This document shows, in pieces, positions 37,224-46,589 of a DNA stretch of 64,000 nucleotides. Position 1 is the stretch's first letter. Every line of letters begins with the position of its first letter. Position numbers and translations under genes: made by a program. The stretch is from Sphingobacteriales bacterium (GTDB lineage: Bacteria; Bacteroidota; Bacteroidia; Chitinophagales; Chitinophagaceae), in the NCBI GenBank assembly GCA_031372815.1, contig JANMMA010000083.1, forward strand, positions 4,820 through 68,819. The letters run 5' to 3'. The notes beneath the pieces were generated by a model. The model was not told where the DNA came from and did no database searches. It was given only the letters and a program-made list of their open reading frames with translations.

Positions 37224-40139
37224 TTACTCCAGTGCTTTATATATCGCTTCATGAATGTTGCTACGAACATTCATCTTTAATAGTTTGTTGCTGCCATCCG
37301 GGTTAACCCGGTTAGACAGAAAGACGTAAATCAGGTTGTATTTCGGGTCTGCCCACACGCCTATTCCTGTGAAGCCGGTGTGCCCAAAAGTAAGCGGAGA
37401 AGCACTCAGCGTGGGATAAGGTTCTTTGCGGGTGTCGTTGTCCTTTTCTGGTTTGTCGAAACCCAGTGCCCGCCTGCTTAACATTGAGCCATATGCCGTG
37501 AAGCGCATAATCGTCGTATCTGAAAAAAACCTCCTTCCATTAATGACTCCCTTGTTTAATAACATCTGCATAATCACTGCTACATCATAGGCATCGCTGA
37601 ATAGTCCGGCATGGCCGGCCACGCCACCAAACATCGCTGCACCGGGATCATGAACATCACCCCTGATCAGTTGTCTCCTGAATATTTTTTCCTGCTCGGT
37701 AGGTACCAGCCTGCCCAGAGGTAATTTGTCGCGCGGGTGGAAACCTGTCGAGGTAAGTGATAATGGATCGTAAAATTGTTTACGTACATAATCATCCAGC
37801 TTCATTCCACTGATGGCTTCCACAATAAGGCCAAGGAAAATAAAATCGTTATCACTGTATATGTATTGTCCGGGTTTTTCAAGTGCACTGCTAATTATGC
37901 GGCTGTACATGGTGTCCCTGAAATTATTGCGCATGTACATACTGTCGGCAACACGGAAAGCATATTGTGCTGAATTTGTCTTTGAAAACCAACCATTAAA
38001 AGGTATACCGCTGAGCGTATCGATTGATTCCCGATAGAACGGTATAAATGATTTAAGCCTGGCCTGGTGTAATAATATATCCCTTATCACCAGGTTCTGC
38101 TTATCAGAACCCTTTACCCATGGTATATAATCGCCCAGCGTTTTATCAAGGTTGAGTTTTCCCTGATCGTACAATTTCATTACGCTTAACGTTGTTGCAC
38201 AAATTTTCGTAACCGAAGCCAGGTCATAAACACTTTCGTTGGTTACTTTTTCTGTGCTGTCATATGTATAATACCCAAAAGATTTATAATACGCGATCTT
38301 TCCATCTTTTGCCACAAGAACCACACAGCCTGGCGTAGCATGTTGCGTTATGGCATCATTTGCGATCGAATCAATTACATTTAATGAAGCCAGGTGCATA
38401 CCAATAATATGGTCTGAGACCGGCAGCACGCCACTCTGTATGCCGGTACCCGCAACGAGTTCCGGGCAAATAGTTACGGGAAGTTTCCCTTTGGTTACGA
38501 GATGCCCGTTTAGCATATCAGCAGCTGTCTCCTGGATTATGCTTTCATCTTCATAGCAGGCTATGATATTGTCCTGCCCACAAAAATTTTTGATCACATA
38601 AGGATTACCAAAAACAAACAACGTACTGTGCAGTTTTTTGCTGATACCGTTCACCAGTTTAACTGCAGCATCGCTTAGCCCGAAATTACCTGCAGGATAT
38701 CGCCGCATCTGGTGCACACCAATAACAATAGCATCATAGCGTGATTCCAGCAGATAGAGCAGGGAATTGATCCGTAAGGAGTCCTGCGTATAATCAAAAT
38801 AAAAAACATCTGCATTGTAATCAGCTCTCATTCTTTTGGCAAATACATTGTCTTTGTTAATACCCAATGCAACGTAAGCAACCCTGTTGCGCTGTCCTCC
38901 AACTAACGGAAAAGCTGCTTTATCTTCGTATTTCACCAGCGTAATGGCCTGTTCGGCCACCTTTCTGCGGATCTCCGGGGACTCACGGTTAAGGTCAGCC
39001 GCAATATTCGCGGTATCAACAGGGCTCCATCGCGCTGCGCCAAACTGGTATTTGGCTTCGAGCACTTTCATAACACGCTGGTTAATGCCCTCCCAGGTAA
39101 GCTTTCGTTTTTTAATTGCCCGTTTGGTCTTATCAATCGTTCCGCTGATATCCTGTGGAAGACAGAGTATGTCGTTTCCTGCAATAAGGGCCTCTCTAGA
39201 TATTTCCCCGCCGGGAAAATACTTGGTGACACCCTTCATTTCAAGCGCATCGGTAAATACCAACCCTTTAAAACCGAGTTCTTCCTTTAGCAGCTTGGTA
39301 ATATGATTATAGGAAAGGGAGGACGGGCGATTTGCCGTATTGTCGATGGCAGGAACAGCAAGATGCCCAACCATAACAGCATCAACACCTGCTGCTATCA
39401 TCTTTCGAAACGGGTATAGTTCAAGGGAATCCAATTGCTCCCTGGTTTTATTGATCAATGGAAGATCCAGGTGGGAGTCAACAGCGACATCTCCATGACC
39501 GGGAAAATGTTTTGCGCAGGTCATGATTCCTTCCGATTGCATCCCTTTCATGTACAGTACACCATAGTCTGCTACATTGACCTTATTTTCACCGAAGGAC
39601 CTGTCATTAATCACAGGGTTGGATGGATTATTATTGACATCCACATCAGGAGCATAATTGATGTGAATTCCCATCCGCTTACATTGCTTCCCAACCCATT
39701 GTCCATACTCAAAGATGACCTGCGGATCATGTACAGCACCGAGCATCATTTGGCGGGGAAGCGGTTTTACGCTGTCGACCCTCATACCCAGACCCGTTTC
39801 TGCATCGATGGAAATGATGATAGGTGTTTTAGCAATACTTTGAAGGTGATTGACCATCATGCTCTGCCTTACCGGACCACCCTGAAATAAGCAGATGCCG
39901 CCAACGTTATATTGCCTTACTGCAAGTGCCACTTCATCACCGTAATAAGTAACTTTTCCTGTTCTACTATCTATCGCAGATAATCTTACCGTGATTAATT
40001 GTGCAATTCTTTCATTTTCGCTCAACGTCTTGAAAACACTATCGGACCACTCCTTCCTGGAAAGTTGGGTAGAACGCTGCGCTTCGGTGGAAAAAAACAA
40101 GAAAATGGAGGAAACGACGGTAAGGATCTTGTGCATCAT
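37224..40139 (-). CDS. Secreted fusion protein: GH3 N-terminal domain (NagZ-like beta-N-acetylhexosaminidase) plus serine beta-lactamase / PBP-like domain
   Basis: Signal peptide MMHKILTVVSSIFLFFSTEAQ. GH3 motifs KHFPGHGD and FTDALEM in the N-terminal half. An SxxK motif (SVTKICAT) and class-C/AmpH-like features in the C-terminal about 380 aa. Confidence 0.85.
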   Translation of the reverse strand: MMHKILTVVSSIFLFFSTEAQRSTQLSRKEWSDSVFKTLSENERIAQLITVRLSAIDSRTGKVTYYGDEVALAVRQYNVGGICLFQGGPVRQSMMVNHLQSIAKTPIIISIDAETGLGMRVDSVKPLPRQMMLGAVHDPQVIFEYGQWVGKQCKRMGIHINYAPDVDVNNNPSNPVINDRSFGENKVNVADYGVLYMKGMQSEGIMTCAKHFPGHGDVAVDSHLDLPLINKTREQLDSLELYPFRKMIAAGVDAVMVGHLAVPAIDNTANRPSSLSYNHITKLLKEELGFKGLVFTDALEMKGVTKYFPGGEISREALIAGNDILCLPQDISGTIDKTKRAIKKRKLTWEGINQRVMKVLEAKYQFGAARWSPVDTANIAADLNRESPEIRRKVAEQAITLVKYEDKAAFPLVGGQRNRVAYVALGINKDNVFAKRMRADYNADVFYFDYTQDSLRINSLLYLLESRYDAIVIGVHQMRRYPAGNFGLSDAAVKLVNGISKKLHSTLFVFGNPYVIKNFCGQDNIIACYEDESIIQETAADMLNGHLVTKGKLPVTICPELVAGTGIQSGVLPVSDHIIGMHLASLNVIDSIANDAITQHATPGCVVLVAKDGKIAYYKSFGYYTYDSTEKVTNESVYDLASVTKICATTLSVMKLYDQGKLNLDKTLGDYIPWVKGSDKQNLVIRDILLHQARLKSFIPFYRESIDTLSGIPFNGWFSKTNSAQYAFRVADSMYMRNNFRDTMYSRIISSALEKPGQYIYSDNDFIFLGLIVEAISGMKLDDYVRKQFYDPLSLTSTGFHPRDKLPLGRLVPTEQEKIFRRQLIRGDVHDPGAAMFGGVAGHAGLFSDAYDVAVIMQMLLNKGVINGRRFFSDTTIMRFTAYGSMLSRRALGFDKPEKDNDTRKEPYPTLSASPLTFGHTGFTGIGVWADPKYNLIYVFLSNRVNPDGSNKLLKMNVRSNIHEAIYKALE

Positions 40140-40184
40140 GCTTGAAATTAATCGCTAATTTTAGGGCTTTTAAAATTAAGCGTT

Positions 40185-42029
40185 TTGACTGACATCATTC
40201 ATTTGTTACCTGATAATATCGCCAACCAGATAGCGGCTGGTGAAGTAATCCAGCGGCCCGCAAGCGCCGTGAAGGAGTTGCTTGAAAACGCGGTGGATGC
40301 AGGTGCAACGGAAGTGAGGCTGATCATACTTGACGCGGGAAAATCACTTGTGCAGGTTATCGACAATGGCAAAGGCATGAGCGAAACAGATGCGAGGATG
40401 AGTTTTGAAAGGCATGCCACATCGAAGATCAGGAAAATAGATGACCTGTTTCAGATTCGCACCATGGGATTTCGCGGTGAAGCGCTTGCATCCATTGCCG
40501 CCGTTGCACAGGTTGAATTGAAAACCAGGCAAAAAGACAATGAACTGGGTACGTATATAGAGATCGACAATAGCATGGTTAAAGTCCAGGAACATTGTTC
40601 CTGTAATGCAGGCACCAGCATTTCCATGAAAAACCTCTTTTTTAATGTGCCGGCGCGCAGAAATTTTTTAAAAAGTAATGCGGCTGAAACAAGGCATATT
40701 GTGGATGAGTTTATCCATGTAGCATTGTCCTTCCCCGACATATTTTTTTCGTTCACCAGTAACGGCCAACAGGTATTTCATCTTGAAAAAGGTTCCCTCA
40801 AACAAAGGATCGTACAGCTTTTGGGCAACCAGTATAACGCGAAACTGGTGAGTGTTCAGGAACATACAGATTACCTGAATATTACCGGGTTTGCAGGAAA
40901 GCCTGATGCGGCAAAAAAGACCAGGGGCGACCAGTATTTTTTTGTTAACAATCGTTATATAAGAAGCGCTTACCTCAACCACGCGGTAATGAATGCTTAC
41001 CAGGACCTGATACCTGCTGACGCTTATCCACTTTACGTATTATTCATTGACCTCGATCCGGCTCAACTTGATATTAACGTCCACCCCACTAAACAGGAGA
41101 TCAAATTCGAAGACGAAAAAATCGTGTATGCTTTTGTTCAGGCAGCTGTTAAACATGCACTGGCGCAATACAGCATAACACCTACGCTCGACTTTGAACT
41201 GGATGCCCAGTTTCAGCAACTGGACGCAATCAGCAAACCCTTCACCGAAGAAAAACAACAGTCTGCTGCTTCATCATCTTTGTTCAAAACATTTTCCCAG
41301 AAACACCAGGCACACGCAATTGACAGAAATAGTGGTTTGCCCGACTGGAAAGAATTGTATACACGGAACAGAACTGCGGACGCACAGTCAGTAGGCGATA
41401 TCCTGTCCGGGACGGAACAACAATTCACCATTCCGGAATTAAAGCAGCCATTGGAGATACTTCCGGACAACCGTTTACAACAGATCCACAACGCTTTTAT
41501 ACTGGCTGCTACCAACCGTGGATTCATGGTGATCAACCAGCAACTTGCGCATGAAAGGATTATATATGAAAAGCTTTCTGCCGCAGCACAGGGTAGTCCT
41601 ATGGCTGCACAAAAAAATCTTTTCCCTGCAGTTTTGGAGCTAACGCCTGCCGATTCGGTATTATTGGAAGACCTTATTCCAGACTTGGCACACTTGGGTT
41701 TTATGCTGGAACCTTTTGGAACCAATAGTTACCTGATCCAGGGTACTCCTGCTGATATTGATACGGGAAATGAAAAGCACGCCATTGAAAAATTGCTGGA
41801 ACAATTCAAGCATTTCAGTACCGAACTAAAATTCTCGAAACGGGAAAAGCTTGTACGGGCACTCGTAAAACAGCAATCCATTCCTGTAGGAAAGCCATTG
41901 ACAGAAAAAGAAATGGACACACTGGTTGAGGGACTTTTTAATTGTATCTATCCTAACACAACTGCAGAGGGCGCTCCTACGTATATCGAATTCAGAAAGG
42001 AATACCTGATGAACATGTTCAAGCAGTGA
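40185..42029 (+). CDS. mutL: DNA mismatch repair endonuclease MutL
   Basis: GHKL ATPase N-terminus (IANQIAAGEVIQRPASAVKELLENAVDAGA ... DNGKGM ... FRGEALASIA). The start is TTG. Confidence 0.93.
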   Translation: MTDIIHLLPDNIANQIAAGEVIQRPASAVKELLENAVDAGATEVRLIILDAGKSLVQVIDNGKGMSETDARMSFERHATSKIRKIDDLFQIRTMGFRGEALASIAAVAQVELKTRQKDNELGTYIEIDNSMVKVQEHCSCNAGTSISMKNLFFNVPARRNFLKSNAAETRHIVDEFIHVALSFPDIFFSFTSNGQQVFHLEKGSLKQRIVQLLGNQYNAKLVSVQEHTDYLNITGFAGKPDAAKKTRGDQYFFVNNRYIRSAYLNHAVMNAYQDLIPADAYPLYVLFIDLDPAQLDINVHPTKQEIKFEDEKIVYAFVQAAVKHALAQYSITPTLDFELDAQFQQLDAISKPFTEEKQQSAASSSLFKTFSQKHQAHAIDRNSGLPDWKELYTRNRTADAQSVGDILSGTEQQFTIPELKQPLEILPDNRLQQIHNAFILAATNRGFMVINQQLAHERIIYEKLSAAAQGSPMAAQKNLFPAVLELTPADSVLLEDLIPDLAHLGFMLEPFGTNSYLIQGTPADIDTGNEKHAIEKLLEQFKHFSTELKFSKREKLVRALVKQQSIPVGKPLTEKEMDTLVEGLFNCIYPNTTAEGAPTYIEFRKEYLMNMFKQ

Positions 42030-42065
42030 TCAGCAACGAAGAATTAACGTAGCAGGTCAGCATAA

Positions 42066-43439
42066 TCAATACTTTATGATAATATCATGCAGGAAGGCAG
42101 CAATACTTCTTCTTAACCGTGCTGAGGGTTGCCGGTGATTGTTGATCATAATGGAAAATACCAGGACCTTATTCTGGTTGGTTATTAAAAATCCACTTAT
42201 TGCAGCTACTCCCGATAATGTTCCGGTTTTAGCATAAATCCGAGTGCTATCCTGCTGATAAGCGGTTCCCAGTGTTCCATTACCACCCGTTGGGAAAATA
42301 GCAGTTATTCGCTCCCAGCTAAATTCATTTTTCATTTTATTTAAGATCCAGATAAAATCATCCGGTGTAAACAGGTTGTACCGGCTGAGTCCGCTGCCAT
42401 CGGCCCACCTTGGTTTATCCGGAAACCCGGATAATTCCGTTTCAAGCAACCGGTTGATCGTATGCTCAGTATTCATTTCACCTGTAAGCGCCTGGCCCGT
42501 CATTAATAGCGCCTGCTCGGCGAAAAAATTGTCACTTCTATGCATCATGGGAACAAGCATAGAATCTACACTTCGGCTATACAATGGCGTTAAATCCTTT
42601 CGCCATGCCAACGGAAATTTTCCCTCCAACGGAAGAATTTCTTTATGAAGGCTGTCCCTTACCAGTTCCAGGGCCGTGTTAATACCGTTTGTAATGAAGG
42701 GTACGATGTCTTCTGCTTTACGCTGATTTCCTTCGTGTATCACGAAGCTATTCTGGTCCCACTTTCTTTCTACATAAAAACTTTTATTTTCGGCCGGCTT
42801 TCCAAAACTCACTTCGCCTTTTAATTCCGGATCGGAATAAATGAAAGTATCTACGGTATCACTTGCAGTCTGTGGAATATCTTTTGTTGATTTCACCTGG
42901 TACCATCGGATGATATTTCCATAGATCGGGAAAGGACTTCTTTCGGGCATATATCCTTCACCGTAATCATTCCAGCTCCAGCCTGATCCCCAGGGCTGTT
43001 CATTCCAGCCCAAAGGCGCCATATATATTTTCTTTGTGGTTTTCTTAATAAAATCTGCAACAGGTTGTTCAGGAAAGTCCTGGTGAAGAAAACTGGGATC
43101 GCCTGATGGCACAAGAAAGATTGCAGTATCATTCTCAGTATAATAAATACCGGTTAATTTTTCCCCAAGGAATTTCATGGCGGAATAGCACGTAATGATC
43201 TTTGTATTACTGGCGGGAACAAAATATTTCCTGTCCTGGTAGCGGAAAAGATAATCGCCCTTCAACGGATCATATACAGCGATGCCAGTATGTGCTGCGC
43301 TGAAAGCAGAATCCAGCAGAATATTTTTTTTAGCAGATGCGGAAATCTCCCTACCCGGTGAACACGAGGTTAGAAATATGACAAGAATCATTGCTGACAT
43401 GAAAAAAAATTCGTTACCCTGTTTATTTACTTGTTTCAT
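42066..43439 (-). CDS. dacB: D-alanyl-D-alanine carboxypeptidase/endopeptidase (PBP4, peptidase S13)
   Basis: SxxK (PASNTKI), SxN (RSDNFFAE) and KTG (AKTGTLSG) motifs in the correct order. Lipoprotein-like signal ending LTSC. Confidence 0.8.
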   Translation of the reverse strand: MKQVNKQGNEFFFMSAMILVIFLTSCSPGREISASAKKNILLDSAFSAAHTGIAVYDPLKGDYLFRYQDRKYFVPASNTKIITCYSAMKFLGEKLTGIYYTENDTAIFLVPSGDPSFLHQDFPEQPVADFIKKTTKKIYMAPLGWNEQPWGSGWSWNDYGEGYMPERSPFPIYGNIIRWYQVKSTKDIPQTASDTVDTFIYSDPELKGEVSFGKPAENKSFYVERKWDQNSFVIHEGNQRKAEDIVPFITNGINTALELVRDSLHKEILPLEGKFPLAWRKDLTPLYSRSVDSMLVPMMHRSDNFFAEQALLMTGQALTGEMNTEHTINRLLETELSGFPDKPRWADGSGLSRYNLFTPDDFIWILNKMKNEFSWERITAIFPTGGNGTLGTAYQQDSTRIYAKTGTLSGVAAISGFLITNQNKVLVFSIMINNHRQPSARLRRSIAAFLHDIIIKY

Positions 43440-43506
43440 TTAATCAAAATTATTCTTTTCCCCTGAATACGATTGCCAGCCCGATTTTGGGGAGTAATTT
43501 TATGTT

Positions 43507-44241
43507 ATGAATTGTTGGTATCGTCTTCAGATTCTGCAACAATTACTACTGCCTATTATCATGCTTGCAGTACTGACCATGATCGGTGTTGCAGGATATA
43601 TGTTCATCGAACAATATACCTTTCTTGAAGCACTTTACATGACGGTCATTACTGTTGCTTCAATCGGGTATAATGAAGTAAAGCCATTGTCTGACAACGG
43701 CCGCATTTTTACCATCATCCTGGTGATCCTCAACCTTGGCATACTCACCTTATTCATCACTAAGATCACCCGTTTTTTTGTGGATGGTGATTTTGTTGAA
43801 CAATACAAACTATACAAAATGCAAAATGCCATTAAGCAGTTAAAGGATCATGTGATTATATGTGGCTATGGCCGCAATGGACGCGAAGCTGCACACGTCC
43901 TGAGCACCCATAAGATACCTTTTGTAGTGGTGGAAGAAAATATCACGGAAAATGACAAAAAATTTGAGCTGATGCATTTTATGCAAGGGAATGCAACGGA
44001 TGACATTACATTGCTGGAAGCGGGTTTACAAAAAGCAAAGGCACTGGTCATTACGCTTCCAAGTGATTCGGATAACCTTTTTGTAGTGCTTACCGCCAAG
44101 CAATATAGCCCGTCCATAAACATTATCAGCCGGGCTTCGAAAGACAGCTCTGTATCAAAGCTCAAAGTAGCAGGCGCAACCCATGTTATCATGCCCGATA
44201 AACTTGGTGCTAGAAGAAAACCAGGCTGTGAAATCAATTAA
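43507..44241 (+). CDS. Two-TM potassium-channel-family protein with RCK/TrkA-N domain (non-canonical filter)
   Basis: Pore-helix and filter region EALYMTVITVASIGYNEV. Rossmann-type RCK N-domain VIICGYGRNGRE. Only 244 aa. Confidence 0.75.
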   Translation: MNCWYRLQILQQLLLPIIMLAVLTMIGVAGYMFIEQYTFLEALYMTVITVASIGYNEVKPLSDNGRIFTIILVILNLGILTLFITKITRFFVDGDFVEQYKLYKMQNAIKQLKDHVIICGYGRNGREAAHVLSTHKIPFVVVEENITENDKKFELMHFMQGNATDDITLLEAGLQKAKALVITLPSDSDNLFVVLTAKQYSPSINIISRASKDSSVSKLKVAGATHVIMPDKLGARRKPGCEIN

Positions 44242-44247
44242 AAAATT

Positions 44248-45402
44248 CTAGTTTCTCTCCTGCGCCCTTAGCCAGCGCTCGGGAATTTCATTACTGCTGG
44301 CCTGCATGTAGTCATGATAAGAACAGGCGATATAACTTTTGTTTGGCAACTGCATCCACCAACGGCCTGTTTTTTTACTTTGCAGAAAAACCGTATCCAC
44401 CTCAGAGAAACTGGTGTGAAATTCAAAAAATGAATCTCTTTCGTTTAGCGCTGATTCCTGTTTGCCTTTATTCCGACCGTCAATAAAATACCATACCATT
44501 TGTGCAATCTGCTTAGCCGTAAGTTGCTGGATATCGCTTTCCACGCGGTATCCGTAGATACCCAGCGTATTCAATGCATGGCTCATTCCTGCGAATCTTG
44601 TAAGCGTACACATTTCCTCTCCATTGAGACCATTGGGAGAAACGTAATTCGACATCGCAGAAGCGTATTGAAGTGCGGAAATGTCAATACTTACCAGTTG
44701 AGAATTTCTGAACACAGGTTCCATTTGTTCCATATATTCCTTCACGTGACCAAGTCGGTAACAGTCGAACCGCAACTTATCCATGGTTTCGAGCATATGC
44801 GGATGGACCAGGTAACTTTGAAAGGCCAGGTGATTATAGTGCCTGATCATATTAGGTTCGCCTGTAAGCATTTCCATAAGGAAGTTATCATTGCGAAGGG
44901 GGCTCTCGATAGTCAGGTCTATCATTGCATCAATACAAGTAGCTTCGATGATCGTGTTTCTGCTCCTGTATGATTCATACTGTGCCAGTGTAAGATCATG
45001 GGAACCGCCGAGTATTACAACGGTCTTTCCAAGTCCTATCAGTTCGCTCAGGACTGTTTTTAGCGCCGCATATGTATCGGCCATGGTAGCCCCGCTGCGT
45101 ACGTTGCCAATATCAGCCAATTTAACTTCCTTATGCCAGTAGTACAGGCTATAGATCTGCTGTCGTATTGCATTAGGCCCATTGGTGTCAAACCTGCCTG
45201 CAGTGCTACCACGCTCCTCACCACATCCCACCAACACTATATCTACTTCATCAAGGTCTGGAAACTCCTCTTCATAAACCCTGATAAATTTGCCGATCTG
45301 CCCTTCCTTATAACCCAGGTCGTGGGATAGTTCGATGGGGTTTACCGGCTCCAGGAAATCAGTGATATTGAAGAGATCATCCATGGAAATGCATTTTGGC
45401 AA
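44248..45402 (-). CDS. Arginase/ureohydrolase-fold family protein (formimidoylglutamase-like, divergent)
   Basis: ILGGSHDLT, CIDAMIDL and VSIDISAL align by eye to the three ureohydrolase metal-binding motifs. An alternative start, M7, is at 45384. Confidence 0.65.
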   Translation of the reverse strand: MPKCISMDDLFNITDFLEPVNPIELSHDLGYKEGQIGKFIRVYEEEFPDLDEVDIVLVGCGEERGSTAGRFDTNGPNAIRQQIYSLYYWHKEVKLADIGNVRSGATMADTYAALKTVLSELIGLGKTVVILGGSHDLTLAQYESYRSRNTIIEATCIDAMIDLTIESPLRNDNFLMEMLTGEPNMIRHYNHLAFQSYLVHPHMLETMDKLRFDCYRLGHVKEYMEQMEPVFRNSQLVSIDISALQYASAMSNYVSPNGLNGEEMCTLTRFAGMSHALNTLGIYGYRVESDIQQLTAKQIAQMVWYFIDGRNKGKQESALNERDSFFEFHTSFSEVDTVFLQSKKTGRWWMQLPNKSYIACSYHDYMQASSNEIPERWLRAQERN

Positions 45403-45438
45403 ATCTAGGTAAATTAATGTGGTATTCTGGCAACACTG

Positions 45439-45470
45439 AATTCCGGAAATGGCACATGCAAATTCCGGAA
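45439..45470. promoter_or_regulatory. Twin AATTCCGGAA boxes (core palindrome TTCCGGAA) in a divergent promoter region
   Basis: Identical 10-mers at 45439-45448 and 45461-45470, 22 nt centre to centre. They lie between the arginase-fold gene (minus strand) and pheS (plus strand). Confidence 0.4.
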
Positions 45471-45557
45471 GGGGATGATTCCGTCCATATTATTAAGTTT
45501 CAAACGCCCATTTAGTTTTACTTTTGACCCATCGCTAAAATTTACTTTCCGACAGTT

Positions 45558-46589
45558 ATGGACCATATATTACAACAGATAGAAACGCTGAAAAAAGAGA
45601 TCACAGAGTCTACTACAGGGAGTCCAGAAGAACTGGAAAATTACCGGACAAGATTCCTTGGGACCAAAGGTTTAGTAAAAACACTAATGGGTGAAATGAG
45701 GAATGTTCCCATTGAACAAAAAAAAGAATTCGGGCAGATCATGAACGCCTTTAAGCAGTTGGCAGAGGAAAAATTTGAGGCGTTGAAAACTACCATTAGC
45801 AACGGTGAGCTTCCAGGTCACGTAGAAAAAGACCTTAGTATGCCAGGTGACCCCTTCCCTGCGGGCAGCCGCCATCCGGTAACCCTGATGCGTAACCGAA
45901 TTGTATCCATTTTCCAACGGCTCGGTTTCGCTGTTGCCGAAGGACCGGAGATTGAGGACGACTGGCATAATTTCACTGCCCTGAATATTGCGGAAAACCA
46001 TCCAGCCCGAGATATGCAGGATACTTTTTACCTTTCCCAGAATCCCGATTGGCTGTTGCGTACACATACGAGCAACGTACAGATCAGGGAGATGGAAAAG
46101 CAGAAACTGCCCATCAGGATCATTTGTCCGGGCAGGGTTTACCGCAATGAAACCATAAGTTCGAGGTCTCACTGTTTTTTTCACCAGGTAGAAGGTCTTT
46201 ATATAGATGAGAATGTATCATTTGCTGACCTGAAACAGACATTGTACTTTTTTGTACAGGAAATGTTTGGGCAGGATGTCAAAATAAGGTTCAGGCCAAG
46301 TTATTTCCCCTTCACAGAACCCAGTGCTGAAATGGATATTTCCTGCTTACTATGCAATGGCAAAGGATGTTCGGTTTGCAAGAGAACGGGGTGGCTTGAA
46401 ATACTCGGTTGCGGCATGGTACATCCTAGTGTGTTGGACCATTGCGGAATAGACAGTTCGAAATATACCGGCTTTGCTTTCGGAATGGGTGTAGAGCGTC
46501 CCGCACTGCTTAAATACGGGATTAATGATATCCGGTTATTCAGTGAAAATGACGTGCGTTTTTTACAACAATTTACTGCTGCTACATGA
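45558..46589 (+). CDS. pheS: Phenylalanine--tRNA ligase alpha subunit
   Basis: Class II aaRS motifs (HPARDMQDTFY, PGRVYRNE, FGMGVERPALL). Confidence 0.95.
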   Translation: MDHILQQIETLKKEITESTTGSPEELENYRTRFLGTKGLVKTLMGEMRNVPIEQKKEFGQIMNAFKQLAEEKFEALKTTISNGELPGHVEKDLSMPGDPFPAGSRHPVTLMRNRIVSIFQRLGFAVAEGPEIEDDWHNFTALNIAENHPARDMQDTFYLSQNPDWLLRTHTSNVQIREMEKQKLPIRIICPGRVYRNETISSRSHCFFHQVEGLYIDENVSFADLKQTLYFFVQEMFGQDVKIRFRPSYFPFTEPSAEMDISCLLCNGKGCSVCKRTGWLEILGCGMVHPSVLDHCGIDSSKYTGFAFGMGVERPALLKYGINDIRLFSENDVRFLQQFTAAT

